A DNA stretch of 35,124 nucleotides, taken from the NCBI GenBank assembly GCA_002269645.1, contig NIVC01002010.1, positions 1 through 35,124 of the forward strand, given 5' to 3'. The notes below the pieces were generated by a model, which did no database searches, had not been told where the DNA came from, and was given only the letters and a program-made list of their open reading frames with translations. Position numbers and translations under genes: made by a program. Positions 1 through 12,111 of the stretch are shown here, in pieces; the stretch's first letter is position 1; each line of letters opens with the position of its first letter. This DNA is from Macrostomum lignano (Eukaryota).

Positions 1-1911
1 CTGCCCTATCTCCTTCTCACTACCCTATCTCCTTTCTCACTACCCTATCTCCTTTCTCACTACCCTATCTCCTTTCTCACTACTCTATCTCCCTCCTTAC
101 TGCCCTATCTTCCTTTCTCACTACCCCATCCCCTCGTCAACTACCCTATCTCCCTCCTTACTGCCCTATCTCCTTTCTCACTACCCTATCTCTTTCTCAC
201 TACCCTATCTCCTTTCTCACTACCCTATCTCCTTTCTCACTACCCTATCTCCTTTCTCACTACCCTATCTCCTTTCTCACTACCCTATCTCCTTTCTCAC
301 TACTCTATCTCCCTCCTTACTGCCCTATCTCCTTTCTCACTACCCATCACCCTCCTTACTGCCCTATCTCCTTTCTCACTACCCTATCTCCCTCGTCACT
401 ACCCTATCTCCCTCCTTACTGCCCTATCTCCTTTCTCACTACCCTATCTCCCTTGTCACTACCCTATCTCCCTTGTCACTACCCTATCTCCCTAGTCACT
501 ATCCTATCTCCCTCCTCACTACCCTATCTCCCTCCTTACTGCCCCATCTCCTTTCTCACTACCCTATCTCCCTCCTCACTACCCTATCTCCCTCCTTACT
601 GCCCCATCTCCTTTCTCACTACCCTATCTCCTCCTTACTACCCTATCTCCCTCCTCACTACCCCATCTCCCTCCTCACTACCCTATCTCCCTCCTTACTA
701 CCCATCTCCCTCCTTACTACCCTATCTCCCTCCTCACTACCCCATCTCCCTCCTCACTACCCTATCTCCCTCCTCACTACCCTATCTCCCTCCTTACTAC
801 CCATCTCCCTCCTTACTACCCTATCTCCCTCCTCACTACCCCATCTCCCTCCTCACTACCCTATCGCCCTCCCCACTACCCTATCTCCCTCCCCATTACC
901 CTATCTCCCTCCTCACTACCCATCTCCCTCCTCACTACCCTATCTCCCTCCTCACTACCCCATCTCCCTCCTCACTACCCTATCTCCCTCCCCACTACCC
1001 TATCGCCCTCCCACTACCCTATCTCCCTCCCACTACCCTATCTCCCTCCCCACTACCCTATCTCCCTCCTTACTGCCCCATCTCCTTTCTCACTACCCTA
1101 TCTCCCTCCTCACTACCTATCTCCCTCCTTACTGCCCATCTCCTTTCTCACTACCCTATCTCCCTCCTTACTACCCTATCTCCCTCCTCACTACCCTATC
1201 TCCCTCCTCACTACCCTATCTCCCTCCTTACTACCCCATCTCCCTCCTTACTACCCTATCTCCCTCCTCACTACCCCATCTCCCTCCTCACTACCCTATC
1301 TCCCTCCTCACTACCCCATCTCCCTCCTCACTACCCTATCGCCCTCCCCACTACCCTATCTCCCTCCCCACTACCCTATCTCCCTCCCCACTACCCTATC
1401 TCCCTCCCCACTACCCTATCGCCCTCCCCACTACCCTATCTCCCTCCCACTACCCTATCTCCCTCCCCACTACCCTATCTCCCTCCTCACTACCCCATCT
1501 CCCTCCTCACTACCCTATCGCCCTCCCACTACCCTATCGCCCTCCCCACTACCTATCGCCCTCCCCACTACCCTATCTCCCTCCCCACTACCCTATCTCC
1601 CTCCTCACTACCCTATCTCCCTCCTTACTACCCTATCTCCCTCCTCACTACCCTATCTCCCTCCTCACTACCCCATCTCCCTCCTCACTACCCTATCGCC
1701 CTCCCCACTACCCTATCTCCCTCCCATTACCCTATCTCCCTCCTCACTACCCCATCTCCCTCCTCACTACCCTATCTCCCTCCTCACTACCCATCTCCCT
1801 CCTCACTACCCTATCGCCCTCCCACTACCCTATCGCCCTCCCACTACCCTATCTCCCTCCCCACTACCCTATCTCCCTCCCCACTACCCTATCTCCCTCC
1901 TCACTACCCTA
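1..1911. repeat. 20-bp minisatellite (TACCCTATCTCCCTCCTCAC and variants), truncated by the window edge
   Basis: Direct inspection; about 95 units. Confidence 0.97.
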
Positions 1912-3424
1912 TGCCTTTCATGCAATTTTTCTGTTTACATTCTTGTATTTTAGAAGAGGATGAAAAGCATCGAAGCAAATTCATTGCAAGCGAATAGAAA
2001 TTCACGAGAATTCCTTGCCACCCAGGAAGGAGGTTTTGCTCTGAGCTTTCATTCTGTTTTCACCTGAAGCTCGCTGTTCTCAACAGCTACTCAAGCCACA
2101 CTGAGGGATGAGTCATCGCTCTAGTCAGAAATTGGCAAATAGTATTTTTGCACTGTAGAAAAGAAGGAGAGGAGATCCCAGCTTTTATGCCCAAATGGCT
2201 TTTTGCTATTTTTAGACCAGGCCATTGTTTTCTACTCAGCGACTCTGGGGGGGGGGGTGGAACTCAACCCGAGAGAGGGCTGCTCCACTGTGCTCAGCAA
2301 TGCACCTCACTGCAGACTGTCGCCGCGGGGGCAAGGGGAGCAGCTCCCACCTCTTCCTTGAGCAGTCAATGCTATTAAGTATGGCTTTATTGCGGGCGCC
2401 ATTCACTGTGAATGCATGCGTAAGGCGGTCTTCCGTGCCCCGGCGATGCCGACTCAAAGCTCAAAGGCCGTGCTCACTTGAGCTGTCGATGTCGATCTAC
2501 ATCTTTGCCTACTCATATGGCCACTGAGAGAACCCCTTATATTCCAGATGTCTCATTGATATTCTCACCTGGATCGGTTTCTCGGTTCGTCTAGAGGTCA
2601 TCCGCTCTTAAGTCTCAATTGTCTTAAGTTTGAGTTCCTGATCTGCTGTTCTATTCTTATAGATTTGCTAATCTAGATCTAGCGCTATTCAAGACCACAT
2701 TTGGTAAATCAAATTTCCTCAATAATTCAGCTAGAGTTTCATTGAGCTTCACTTACTGCAGCCAAGCTGCATGCTACTGCTGCTGCTAGCGGAAACCGCA
2801 GACTGAGGCGCGCAGGCGACATTCCACCCGATTCCGCCAGGTGCACCGGCCAGGATACGGCGGTGACTCATTCACCTCCCCGTCTCCCCCATTGTAATTC
2901 TAAAAGCAAGCAGTTTAGCCAGGCAATAATCAATTGAGGATAAGAGCCCCGCCACCTATTATTAACTCTGAACAGCGATTGGGGCGCCCCTCCGTCCCCT
3001 GCAGCGGCCAGAAATGATTATTTATTAACTCTATCAGCCCGTCAGCTGCCCAGCCACAATTGCCGAGGAGTTGCGAACTGACGGCCCCCCACAGTCTGCC
3101 GCCCCCCCCGGGGCTGGGGTCTGCGGCCAGCCTGACACGGCAGTCTGTGTGCCCGCTGAGTCATTCAATGACTGCGCGGCGCCAGGAGTCTCTTGCCAAG
3201 CACTGTCGCCGTGAAGCCACTGCCATTGTCAGGGGCTGTGGCTACCAATTCCCCCTGTGCGCTGCTCCATTCAGCGTCTTCTTATTCGTGGCGGTTGTTT
3301 CCGTTCTCAAATGAGCAGTTCTTTTTTAGTGTTGTTTGGGAAATAACTCAGAGTCTAGATTGAATGGATGAGGAGTGACAGGTTGACAGATCGACCTTCT
3401 TGTCATGCAAGGTCGATCTGTGAT

Positions 3425-3777
3425 TCAGTAAGCGATTGAGCGCCATTTCAATCAGTAAGCGCTTCTGTCTCAATCAGTAAGCGCTTCTGTCTCAATCAGT
3501 AAGCGCTTCTGTCTCAATCAGTAAGCGCTTCTGTCTCAATCAGTAAGCGCTTCTGTCTCAATCAGTAAGCGCTTCTGTCTCAATCAGTAAGCGCCATCTC
3601 AATCAGTAAGCGCCATCTCAATCAGTAAGCGCCATCTCAATCAGTAAGCGCCATCTCAATCAGTAAGCGCCATCTCAATCAGTAAGCGCCATCTCAATCA
3701 GTAAGCGCCATCTCAATCAGTAAGCGCCATCTCAATCAGTAAGCGCCATCTCAATCAGTAAGCGCCATCTCAATCAG
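3425..3777. repeat. Compound minisatellite: 22-bp AATCAGTAAGCGCTTCTGTCTC, then 19-bp AATCAGTAAGCGCCATCTC
   Basis: Direct inspection. Confidence 0.95.
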
Positions 3778-4292
3778 AGGATTGGTGAGACCATCTCAAT
3801 CAAGCTTCGTGCAAAAAGCGAAGCAAAAGAAGCAGAAATCAAAGCTCAGTTGGATGGGCAGACGGCAGGAAGCGCCAACCGTAAAAAACCCTCTAGAAGA
3901 AGGGAAGACAAGCAATTAGCTTTAGCACCTGGAGTCTGTTGTCTTTTAGCCCAGCAGCCTCCCTCCCAGCCCTCGCCTTCCCATGAAGCATTTGCGGGCG
4001 CCGCACACGCCAACCCAATTATCTCTGCCGGGTTTTTAACGGAGACGGAGCGGCGAAGAAGATGGAGCAGAGTTTGTTCAGAGTCTGGGGAAGGGGGGCA
4101 GCGGCCTCCGCTCAGGTGGAAAGTGCTTCACTTCGCATGGATGCCGTCTCCCCTCAGCGGGGGATATTTTTAGCCGAGAGGCTTGGTACTAGTTTGTTGC
4201 AGATGGTAAATATTGGGGACGGCCCTGCTGCTGATGTTGTGGGCTGTAGACAACTTTAAACTGCTTCGGGATTTGGAATGATACATAGGGAT

Positions 4293-5935
4293 ATTCTTAG
4301 TGAGGATTGGTGGGATTCTTAGTGAGGATTGGTGAGCTTCTTAGTGAGGATTGGTGGGATTCTTAGTGAGGATTGATGAGATTCTTAGTGAGGATTGGTG
4401 GGATTCTTAGTGAGGATTGGTGGGATTCTTAGTGAGGATTGGTGAGATTCTTAGTGAGGATTGGTGAGATTCTTAGTGAGGATTGGTGGGATTCTTAGTG
4501 AGGATTGATGAGATTCTTAGTGAGGATTGGTGGGATTCTTAGTGAGGATTGGTGAGATTCTTAGTGAGGATTGATGAGATTCTTAGTGAGGATTGGTGGG
4601 ATTCTTAGTGAGGATTGGTGAGATTCTTAGTGAGGATTGGTGGGATTCTTAGTGAGGATTGATGAGATTCTTAGTGAGGATTGGTGGGATTCTTAGTGAG
4701 GATTGGTGAGATTCTTAGTGAGGATTGGTGGGATTCTTAGTGAGGATTGGTGAGATTCTTAGTGAGGATTGGTGAGATTCTTAGTGAGGATTGGTGGGAT
4801 TCTTAGTGAGGATTGGTGAGATTCTTAGTGAGGATTGGTGAGATTCTTAGTGAGGATTGATGAGATTCTTAGTGAGGATTGGTGAGATTCTTAGTGAGGA
4901 TTGGTGGGATTCTTAGTGAGGATTGGTGAGATTCTTAGTGAGGATTGGTGGGATTCTTAGTGAGGATTGGTGAGATTCTTAGTGAGGATTGGTGGGATTC
5001 TTAGTGAGGATTGGTGAGATTCTTAGTGAGGATTGATGAGATTCTTAGTGAGGATTGGTGGGATTCTTAGTGAGGATTGGTGAGATTCTTAGTGAGGATT
5101 GGTGGGATTCTTAGTGAGGATTGATGAGATTCTTAGTGAGGATTGGTGGGATTCTTAGTGAGGATTGGTGAGATTCTTAGTGAGGATTGGTGGGATTCTT
5201 AGTGAGGATTGGTGAGATTCTTAGTGAGGATTGGTGAGATTCTTAGTGAGGATTGGTGGATTCTTAGTGAGGATTGGTGAGATTCTTAGTGAGGATTGGT
5301 GAGATTCTTAGTGAGGATTGATGAGATTCTTAGTGAGGATTGATGAGATTCTTAGTGAGGATTGGTGAGATTCTTAGTGAGGATTGATGAGATTCTTAGT
5401 GAGGATTGGTGAGATTCTTAGTGAGGATTGATGAGATTCTTAGTGAGGATTGGTAAGATTCTTAGTGAGGATTGATGAGATTCTTAGTGAGGATTGGTGG
5501 GATTCTTAGTGAGTATCGTGGGATTCTTCGTGAGGATTATTGGGATTCTTAGTGAGGATTGGTGGGATTCTTAGTAAGGATTGGTGAGATTCTTAGTGAG
5601 GATTGATGAGATTCTTAGTGAGGATTGGTGAGATTCTTAGTGAGGATTGATGAGATTCTTAGTGAGGATTGGTGGGATTCTTAGTGAGGATTGGTGGGAT
5701 TCTTAGTGAGGATTGGTGAGATTCTTAGTGAGGATTGATGAGATTCTTAGTGAGGATTGGTGGGATTCTTAGTGAGGATTGGTGAGATTCTTAGTGAGGA
5801 TTGGTGAGATTCTTAGTGAGGATTGATGAGATTCTTAGTAAGGATTGGTGGGATTCTTAGTGAGCATTAGTGGGATTCTTCGTGAGGATTATTGGGATTC
5901 TTAGTGAGTATATTAGTGGGATTCTTAGTGAAGAT
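4293..5935. repeat. 22-bp minisatellite ATTCTTAGTGAGGATTGGTGAG
   Basis: Direct inspection; about 75 units. Confidence 0.97.
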
Positions 5936-5960
5936 AGGTTGGATTCTTGAGGAGCTTTGT

Positions 5961-6260
5961 AGAATCCTAGAGAGGATTGGGGATTTCTAGAGAGGATTGG
6001 GGATTTCTAGAGAGGATTGGGGATTTCTAGAGAGGATTGGGGATTTCTAGAGAGGATTGGGGATTTCTAGAGAGGATTGGGGATTTCTAGAGAGGATTGG
6101 GGATTTCTAGAGAGGATTGTGGATTTCTAGAGAGGATTGGGGATTTCTAGAGAGGATTGGGGATTTCTAGAGAGGATTGGGGATTTCTAGAGAGGATTGG
6201 GGATTTCTAGAGAGGATTGGGGATTTCTAGAGAGGATTGGGGATTTCTAGAGAGGATTGG
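5961..6260. repeat. 20-bp minisatellite GGATTTCTAGAGAGGATTGG
   Basis: About 15 near-identical units. Confidence 0.97.
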
Positions 6261-6622
6261 GGACCTATAGGAGGTTCTACGGAAAGATCAAAATTCTCCC
6301 AGAGGTCTCGAATGATGCAGACTCGCCCAGCTGCCTGCAAGCTCGCCAAGGGCACAGCGGCTCAATTAGCATTTACTGCAGGCCCAGAAGTTTGCCACAG
6401 CAATTTTCTGCAAGCCCGGCGTATGCACCGAGACCGGCATCCATCACTGCTCGAGTCCTTTGTGCGCGCCTGCTATGCCAGCACAGCCTCCGCGCCGCAT
6501 CAGTCATTTCTTGCTGGGCACCGAGCCGCGTCCATTTGTCAGTTATTTGCTGCTCAGGCGGAGATGGCGATTGAGATGGGCTGCTGCTGCATGCACTTCT
6601 GCTCCGCCACTGCTACTTCTGA

Positions 6623-6713
<91 letters not shown>

Positions 6714-6716
6714 GCC

Positions 6717-6761
<45 letters not shown>

Positions 6762-6764
6762 GCC

Positions 6765-6804
<40 letters not shown>
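6623..6804. repeat. (TCTG)n microsatellite
   Basis: Direct inspection. Confidence 0.98.
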
Positions 6805-6805
<1 letters not shown>

Positions 6806-7519
6806 TTGAAGAGACTTACTTATTAATTCATCGGCGCTTGTGTCACTCTAATAAAAAACCTTGTCACAGTCTATTACAGTGCAAATTCAAGAGGTATGGA
6901 TTGAATTCTCCTACCCAAAGCTTGAACAACTGCAATTTTTTGTGCATAATTCTTGGCCGAAAGTCAAGCTGAATCGCAGATCACAACGAGGAGGAGGGGG
7001 GGGAGCCGCAGGCTTGCCGAGGTCGCGCAGGGCCGGTAGGGCCAGCCGCAGTGCAGGGAGACGAGTGCTGCGGCCAGCTGGTGCCGGGGATCGAGGCGGG
7101 GCCGAACAGATGGAAAAGATGAAACACCCAGACTGCAGGCTTGTCCGGCTTAAGACCATTATCTTGATTCTTGAAACGTGACTGTTTTCGTCATTTCTAC
7201 ACCCCAGTCAGGGATGGATTCTGTCCGTCTATGCGGCTCTATAATAGGCCTTGGCAACCAAATACTGGCGCGTCCAAAAATGATGAAGCACATCAGCAGT
7301 TATTAGATTATTTTCTAGCATTAAGCATTGTGCGCTGCATTGTTTACACAGACGGTACTGGTGGCCATCAATATTGCCGCATTTATTAGTTGGAGCGCTA
7401 ACTCCCTGAATCCTGCTACCTTGACGCATGAATAGAGTTTGATAGAGAGTTAACTAGCATCAATAAGAATAGCTGAGTTCAAGGAAAAATGATGCACAGT
7501 TTGGGACAAAGCTTGCCAG

Positions 7520-7920
7520 TGTACAGTCGGGGGCAGAGGGGAAGGAGCAAGCTAATGTACAGTTGGGAGCTAAGTACAGTCGGGGGGAGAAGGGAAGGAG
7601 CTAGCTAATGTACAGTCGGGGGGAGAAGGGAAGGAGCTAGCTAATGTACAGTTGGGGCAGAGGGAAGGAGCTAGCTAATGTACAGTCGGGGGGAGAAGGG
7701 AAGGAGCTAGCTAATGTACAGTCGGGGGGAGAAGGGAAGGAGCTAGCTAATGTACAGTCGGGGGGAGAAGGGAAGGAGCTAGCTGATGTACAGTCGGGGG
7801 GAGAAGGGAAGGAGCTAGCTGATGTACAGTCGGGGGAGAAGGGAAGGAGCTAGCTGATGTACAGTCGGGGGAGAAGGGAAGGAGCTAGCTGATGTACATC
7901 TGGTAGAAGGGAAGGAGCTA
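7520..7920. repeat. 36-bp minisatellite GCTAATGTACAGTCGGGGGGAGAAGGGAAGGAGCTA
   Basis: Direct inspection. Confidence 0.95.
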
Positions 7921-8402
7921 AGGTACATTTTTTGTTTAGGGGCTACCAAAATAGCAAAGTTCGGAGCTGTAAAAAGTTTTAAGGAAGTTTTTTGACGAAT
8001 TTTTATGACTTTCCGACATCGAAAATCCCCATTAAAAGCTACTCGTAAAATGAATTACGAAAAATTGCGCTTAACCAGATAAATTCGCAAAATGGAAACT
8101 CGAGTAAATTCGAAACGAAAACTGCGCAGTTGGAATTGCAGTTGGATTTAAGTGCATCCGCAATGTGACCACCTTACAGCAGCAGCTGGCAGCGCATGGA
8201 TTGCACTGCATAAAGTTGGCTAAACGTTAAAATTGATTGAAACGGTTTGTTGATTCGAAAAAGTTATATTGGATAAGAAGTGAGGAGCTTTGTAGCCTGC
8301 AAGGATAAAATGGTGCAAATGGTTGGTTAATAGAAGGCCCTTGAACTCATTAGCCTCCTCAGGCCCCGGGCCCGCAGCAGACAGGAGTGTCTCTTCGCCC
8401 CG

Positions 8403-8476
8403 TCGCCCCGTTCGGGAATCGAACCAGGGACGTCGCATTACGAGAGTCGGATGCCATTTCCCATTGGGCTTGGCGA
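8403..8476 (-). pseudogene. Degenerate tRNA-like sequence (tRNA pseudogene or SINE head)
   Basis: 74 nt; ends TCGCC...GGCGA pair; B-box-like GGTTCGATTCC; D-arm-like GCCCAATGG..TGGC; anticodon and T stems poorly paired. Confidence 0.45.
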
Positions 8477-9472
8477 AAGTACACCAGAAAAAATCAGGGT
8501 TTATAGGGAAGATGTTCTCGTTCAAGGCCTACTTGGCCCAAACAAAGTGAACAGGAGTTTTTTTGCGCATGAATACTGCATGCGGGGCAGCCCTGAGAGA
8601 CAGACAGGGCAGTGGGACAGGGCAGTGGGAGAGGTGCAAAGGTGTCGGTGCCAGCCCCCCCTCACATGCGAATGTAGAAGGTGAGGGGCTGCAGGGACAA
8701 ATAAACGGATTCGGGACTGAAGCCGAGGGCAGCGGAGGCGATCGCTTGTTCTGGCCGGCCGACTAATTAATGGTGACAGAGATGAGGCAGGGAGACTGGG
8801 GGGGGGAGGGAGGCTTCAGATTGCTATAATATCCCACCCCTCGTGTTCCCCGCAGTCCCGCCAGCTCTGCTGCCGTGTCGTGTCGATCAAAAGACGCCAA
8901 GCCGGATGGGGAAGACGAGGAGCAAATGATCAGGGATTCGATCACCGGCCACCGCTGTAAAAGTGCAGACAGAGCAGGCCAAACTCAGCGGAGTCCGCTC
9001 CAAAAAAGGAGCAGAGAGAGAAATCAATAAAATCGAAGGCACAAAAGAGCAGAAGAAATCATTTTCCAGTATTTGCCCGTGAAGCATTGCGGCAGCATAT
9101 TAATGATTAATTTATTAATTATAAGAAGCGATATACAGACTTTGAATCGCATATGTTTATATGATTACTGAACTCGAACCCTCTTGACCTAACAGACAAA
9201 CTTTAGCAGTTAACAATAGCGTTAAACAGGCATTTTATCTGGATAGCGAGGTGGTGTGCTGACGCAAGACTTCTAATAGAGTGAAAACAAATACGCAGAT
9301 AAAAGGAAATGAAAAAGGCTCTGCAGATTCTGGGGATAATAGATCGGAGCTCAAGCAATAATTAAATTTTTTTTCTGAGGAAAAACTGCTTCGAATTTGA
9401 ACACAAAAAAGAGAAGAGCGCAGAAATTGATATCTGTGCAGAGCGTATTTACACCTGGCAATGACGACAAGC

Positions 9473-10320
9473 TGGAGACAGGTAGGTGGACAGGTAGGTG
9501 GACAGGTGAGCAGACAGGTAGGTAGATAGGTGGACAGACAGGTGGGCAGACAGGTAGGCAGACAGGGAGGTAGACAGGTAGGCAGACAAGTGGGCAGACA
9601 GGTAGTCAGACAGGTGGGCAGACAGGTAGGTAGACAGGTTAGGCAGATTGGTGGGAAGACAGATAGGCAGACAGGTAGGCAGACAGGTAGGTAGACAGGT
9701 TAGGCAGATTGGTGGGAAGACAGATAGGCAGACAGGTAGGCAGACAGGTAGGTAGACAGGTTAGGCAGATTGGTGGGAAGACAGATAGGCAGACAGGTAG
9801 GCAGACAGGTAGGTAGACAGGTTAGGCAGATTGGTGGGCAGACAGATAGGCAGACAGGTAGGCAGACAGGTAGGTAGACAGGTTAGGCAGATTGGTGGGA
9901 AGACAGATAGGCAGACAGGTAGGCAGACAGGTAGGTAGACAGGTTAGGCAGATTGGTGGGAAGACAGATAGGCAGACAGGTAGGCAGACAGGTAGGTAGA
10001 CAGGTTAGGCAGATTGGTGGGCAGACAGATAGGCAGACAGGTAGGCAGACAGGTAGGTAGACAGGTTAGGCAGATTGGTGGGAAGACAGATAGGCAGACA
10101 GGTAGGCAGACAGGTAGGTAGACAGGTTAGGCAGATTGGTGGGCAGACAGATAGGCAGACAGGTAGGCAGACAGGTAGGTAGACAGGTTAGGCAGATTGG
10201 TGGGAAGACAGATAGGCAGACAGGTAGGCAGACAGGTAGGTAGACAGGTTAGGCAGATTGGTGGGCAGGCAGGAAGGTAGACAGGTAGCCAGACAGGTAG
10301 GCAGACAGGTAGGCAGACAG
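9473..10320. repeat. 61-bp higher-order repeat built from GACA/GGCA/GGTA tetramers
   Basis: GGTTAGGCAGATTGG recurs with period 61 (9637, 9698...). Confidence 0.95.
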
Positions 10321-11256
10321 GGAGTGACACAACACAGATTCACAACACAGATTAGACTAGCGGCAAATGTAATGAGGCAAAATTTGCATTGAGCTGTGAA
10401 AAGAGGTCATTAAGTGTGTAGAAGGTGTGCGAGATGCATTAATAAACTCAATAATGACATGAGACTGCGGCAGCTGAACACAGCAGGGACTGACTGTAAG
10501 CTCTGGGGGGAGTTTGTATAATTAGGAAATCGGAACGAATGGCATTCGATTTCATATTTTAAAAATTGTCTGTAAACATGACAGTCTCATTATAAAAGAA
10601 AGTTTTCATTAACAAATTATTTTCATAGCTATACTAATATAATTTTAAGACTAGAGAAAATATATAGTTAACATAGGTATCTATTGCTTTGTAAATATTA
10701 ATGAATACGACATTAAAAAAATAAAAACATTAATATTAATATAATAGGAGACACAGGAGACTAAATGCCGGAGCAAAACAGAGAATATCGTACAGTTAAA
10801 TGAAACATTTTCGACTTAGAAATGAAACAGCTGAAACTCTGACAAAATGGGTTTAAGCAGTAGAAAAAAAGAAAATTTGGGTGAACGAAGCCGGACAGCA
10901 ACTACTTGAACGCAACAGAAATTTCTAATTCGATTCTATAGGGAAAATACAAGCATTAATCAAATATACGTTGGCAAGGTTATCAGTAGTTTATATTGAA
11001 TTCATTTCAATCGCGAATCTCTCAAATAGTACCCAATTAGGGTTCATTCTAGACACTACCAATGCTACTACTTTCGTCTATGGTTAAAACACCGTCTAGG
11101 GCACAGACAGAGCATAGGCTTTAGGACACGGAGCAGGTAAATTCAGACAAGGCATGCCCGCCCTGCTAATGGAAGCTGGAAGTCAACCTACAAACAGGAT
11201 GTAATCACGGTTGCCAAGAGTGAAGCCTGGTTTGCTCACACTCACTGTGCTTCCTG

Positions 11257-11741
11257 GGCTGAATATGGTTGGCCGTGTCCTTAAATTCAACACTCTCCCC
11301 CAGACACGGTTTTGGCCATAGACAACCGTTGAAGCATTGGCTGAATATGGTTGGCTGTGTCCTTAAATTCAACACTCTCCCCCAGACACGGTTTTGGCCA
11401 TAGACAACCGTTGAAGCATTGGCTGAATATGGTTGGCCGTGTCCTTAAATTCAACACTCTCCCCCAGACACGGTTTTGGCCATAGACAACCGTTGAAGCA
11501 TTGGCTGAATATGGTTGGCTGTGTCCTTAAATTCAACACTCTCCCCCAGACACGGTTTTGGCCATAGACAACCGTTGAAGCATTGGCTGAATATGGTTGG
11601 CCGTGTCCTTAAATTCAAAACTCTCCCCCAGACACGGTTTTGGCCATAGACAACCGTTGAAGCATTGGCTGAATATGGTTGGCCGTGTCCTTAAATTCAA
11701 TGCTCTCCACCAGACACGGTTTCGGCCATAGACATTGGCTA
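11257..11741. repeat. 82-bp tandem repeat, about 6 copies, just downstream of the TMEM132 stop
   Basis: CTGAATATGG at 11259, 11341, 11423, 11505, 11587, 11669. Confidence 0.97.
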
Positions 11742-11801
11742 AAGCAACTTGCGACACCAGAGCAGCACAATGCCTAGTCAAACATACTGGAATACAAAGT
11801 T

Positions 11802-12111
11802 TCAAGCGGCCGTCTCCTTCATATGATCAAAGTAAGCCAACAGTTGGCCGTAGTCCATACGGCGCATGCTCTGACTCCAGCTAAGGTCCCCGGTTCGAAT
11901 CCCGGCAGCCGAAGACGACGACGAAGCCGAATAGGGCGGCGGCAGCTGGCGCGAGAAGCGCGGAGTGGCGCACGGGTTCAAAGCCGGTACCGGCGAGGGC
12001 GACATGGACGATGACGGCGGTGCAGCGGCTCCCGGACTCAGACGGCGACTGCTGGTGCGCATCGGCGGCCGCGGCAGGGAGCCGTCAGTGGCCAGGGAGT
12101 GCTGACGGCTG
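11802..12111 (-). CDS. TMEM132: TMEM132 terminal coding exon
   Basis: Acceptor tatctgcag|C in phase with exon 6; ends MDYGQLLAYFDHMKETAA-stop. Confidence 0.8.

Noticed and set aside
453-1997. 514-aa and 496-aa ORFs
   Set aside because: Translations of the 20-bp minisatellite; periodic low-complexity peptide with no splice or family evidence
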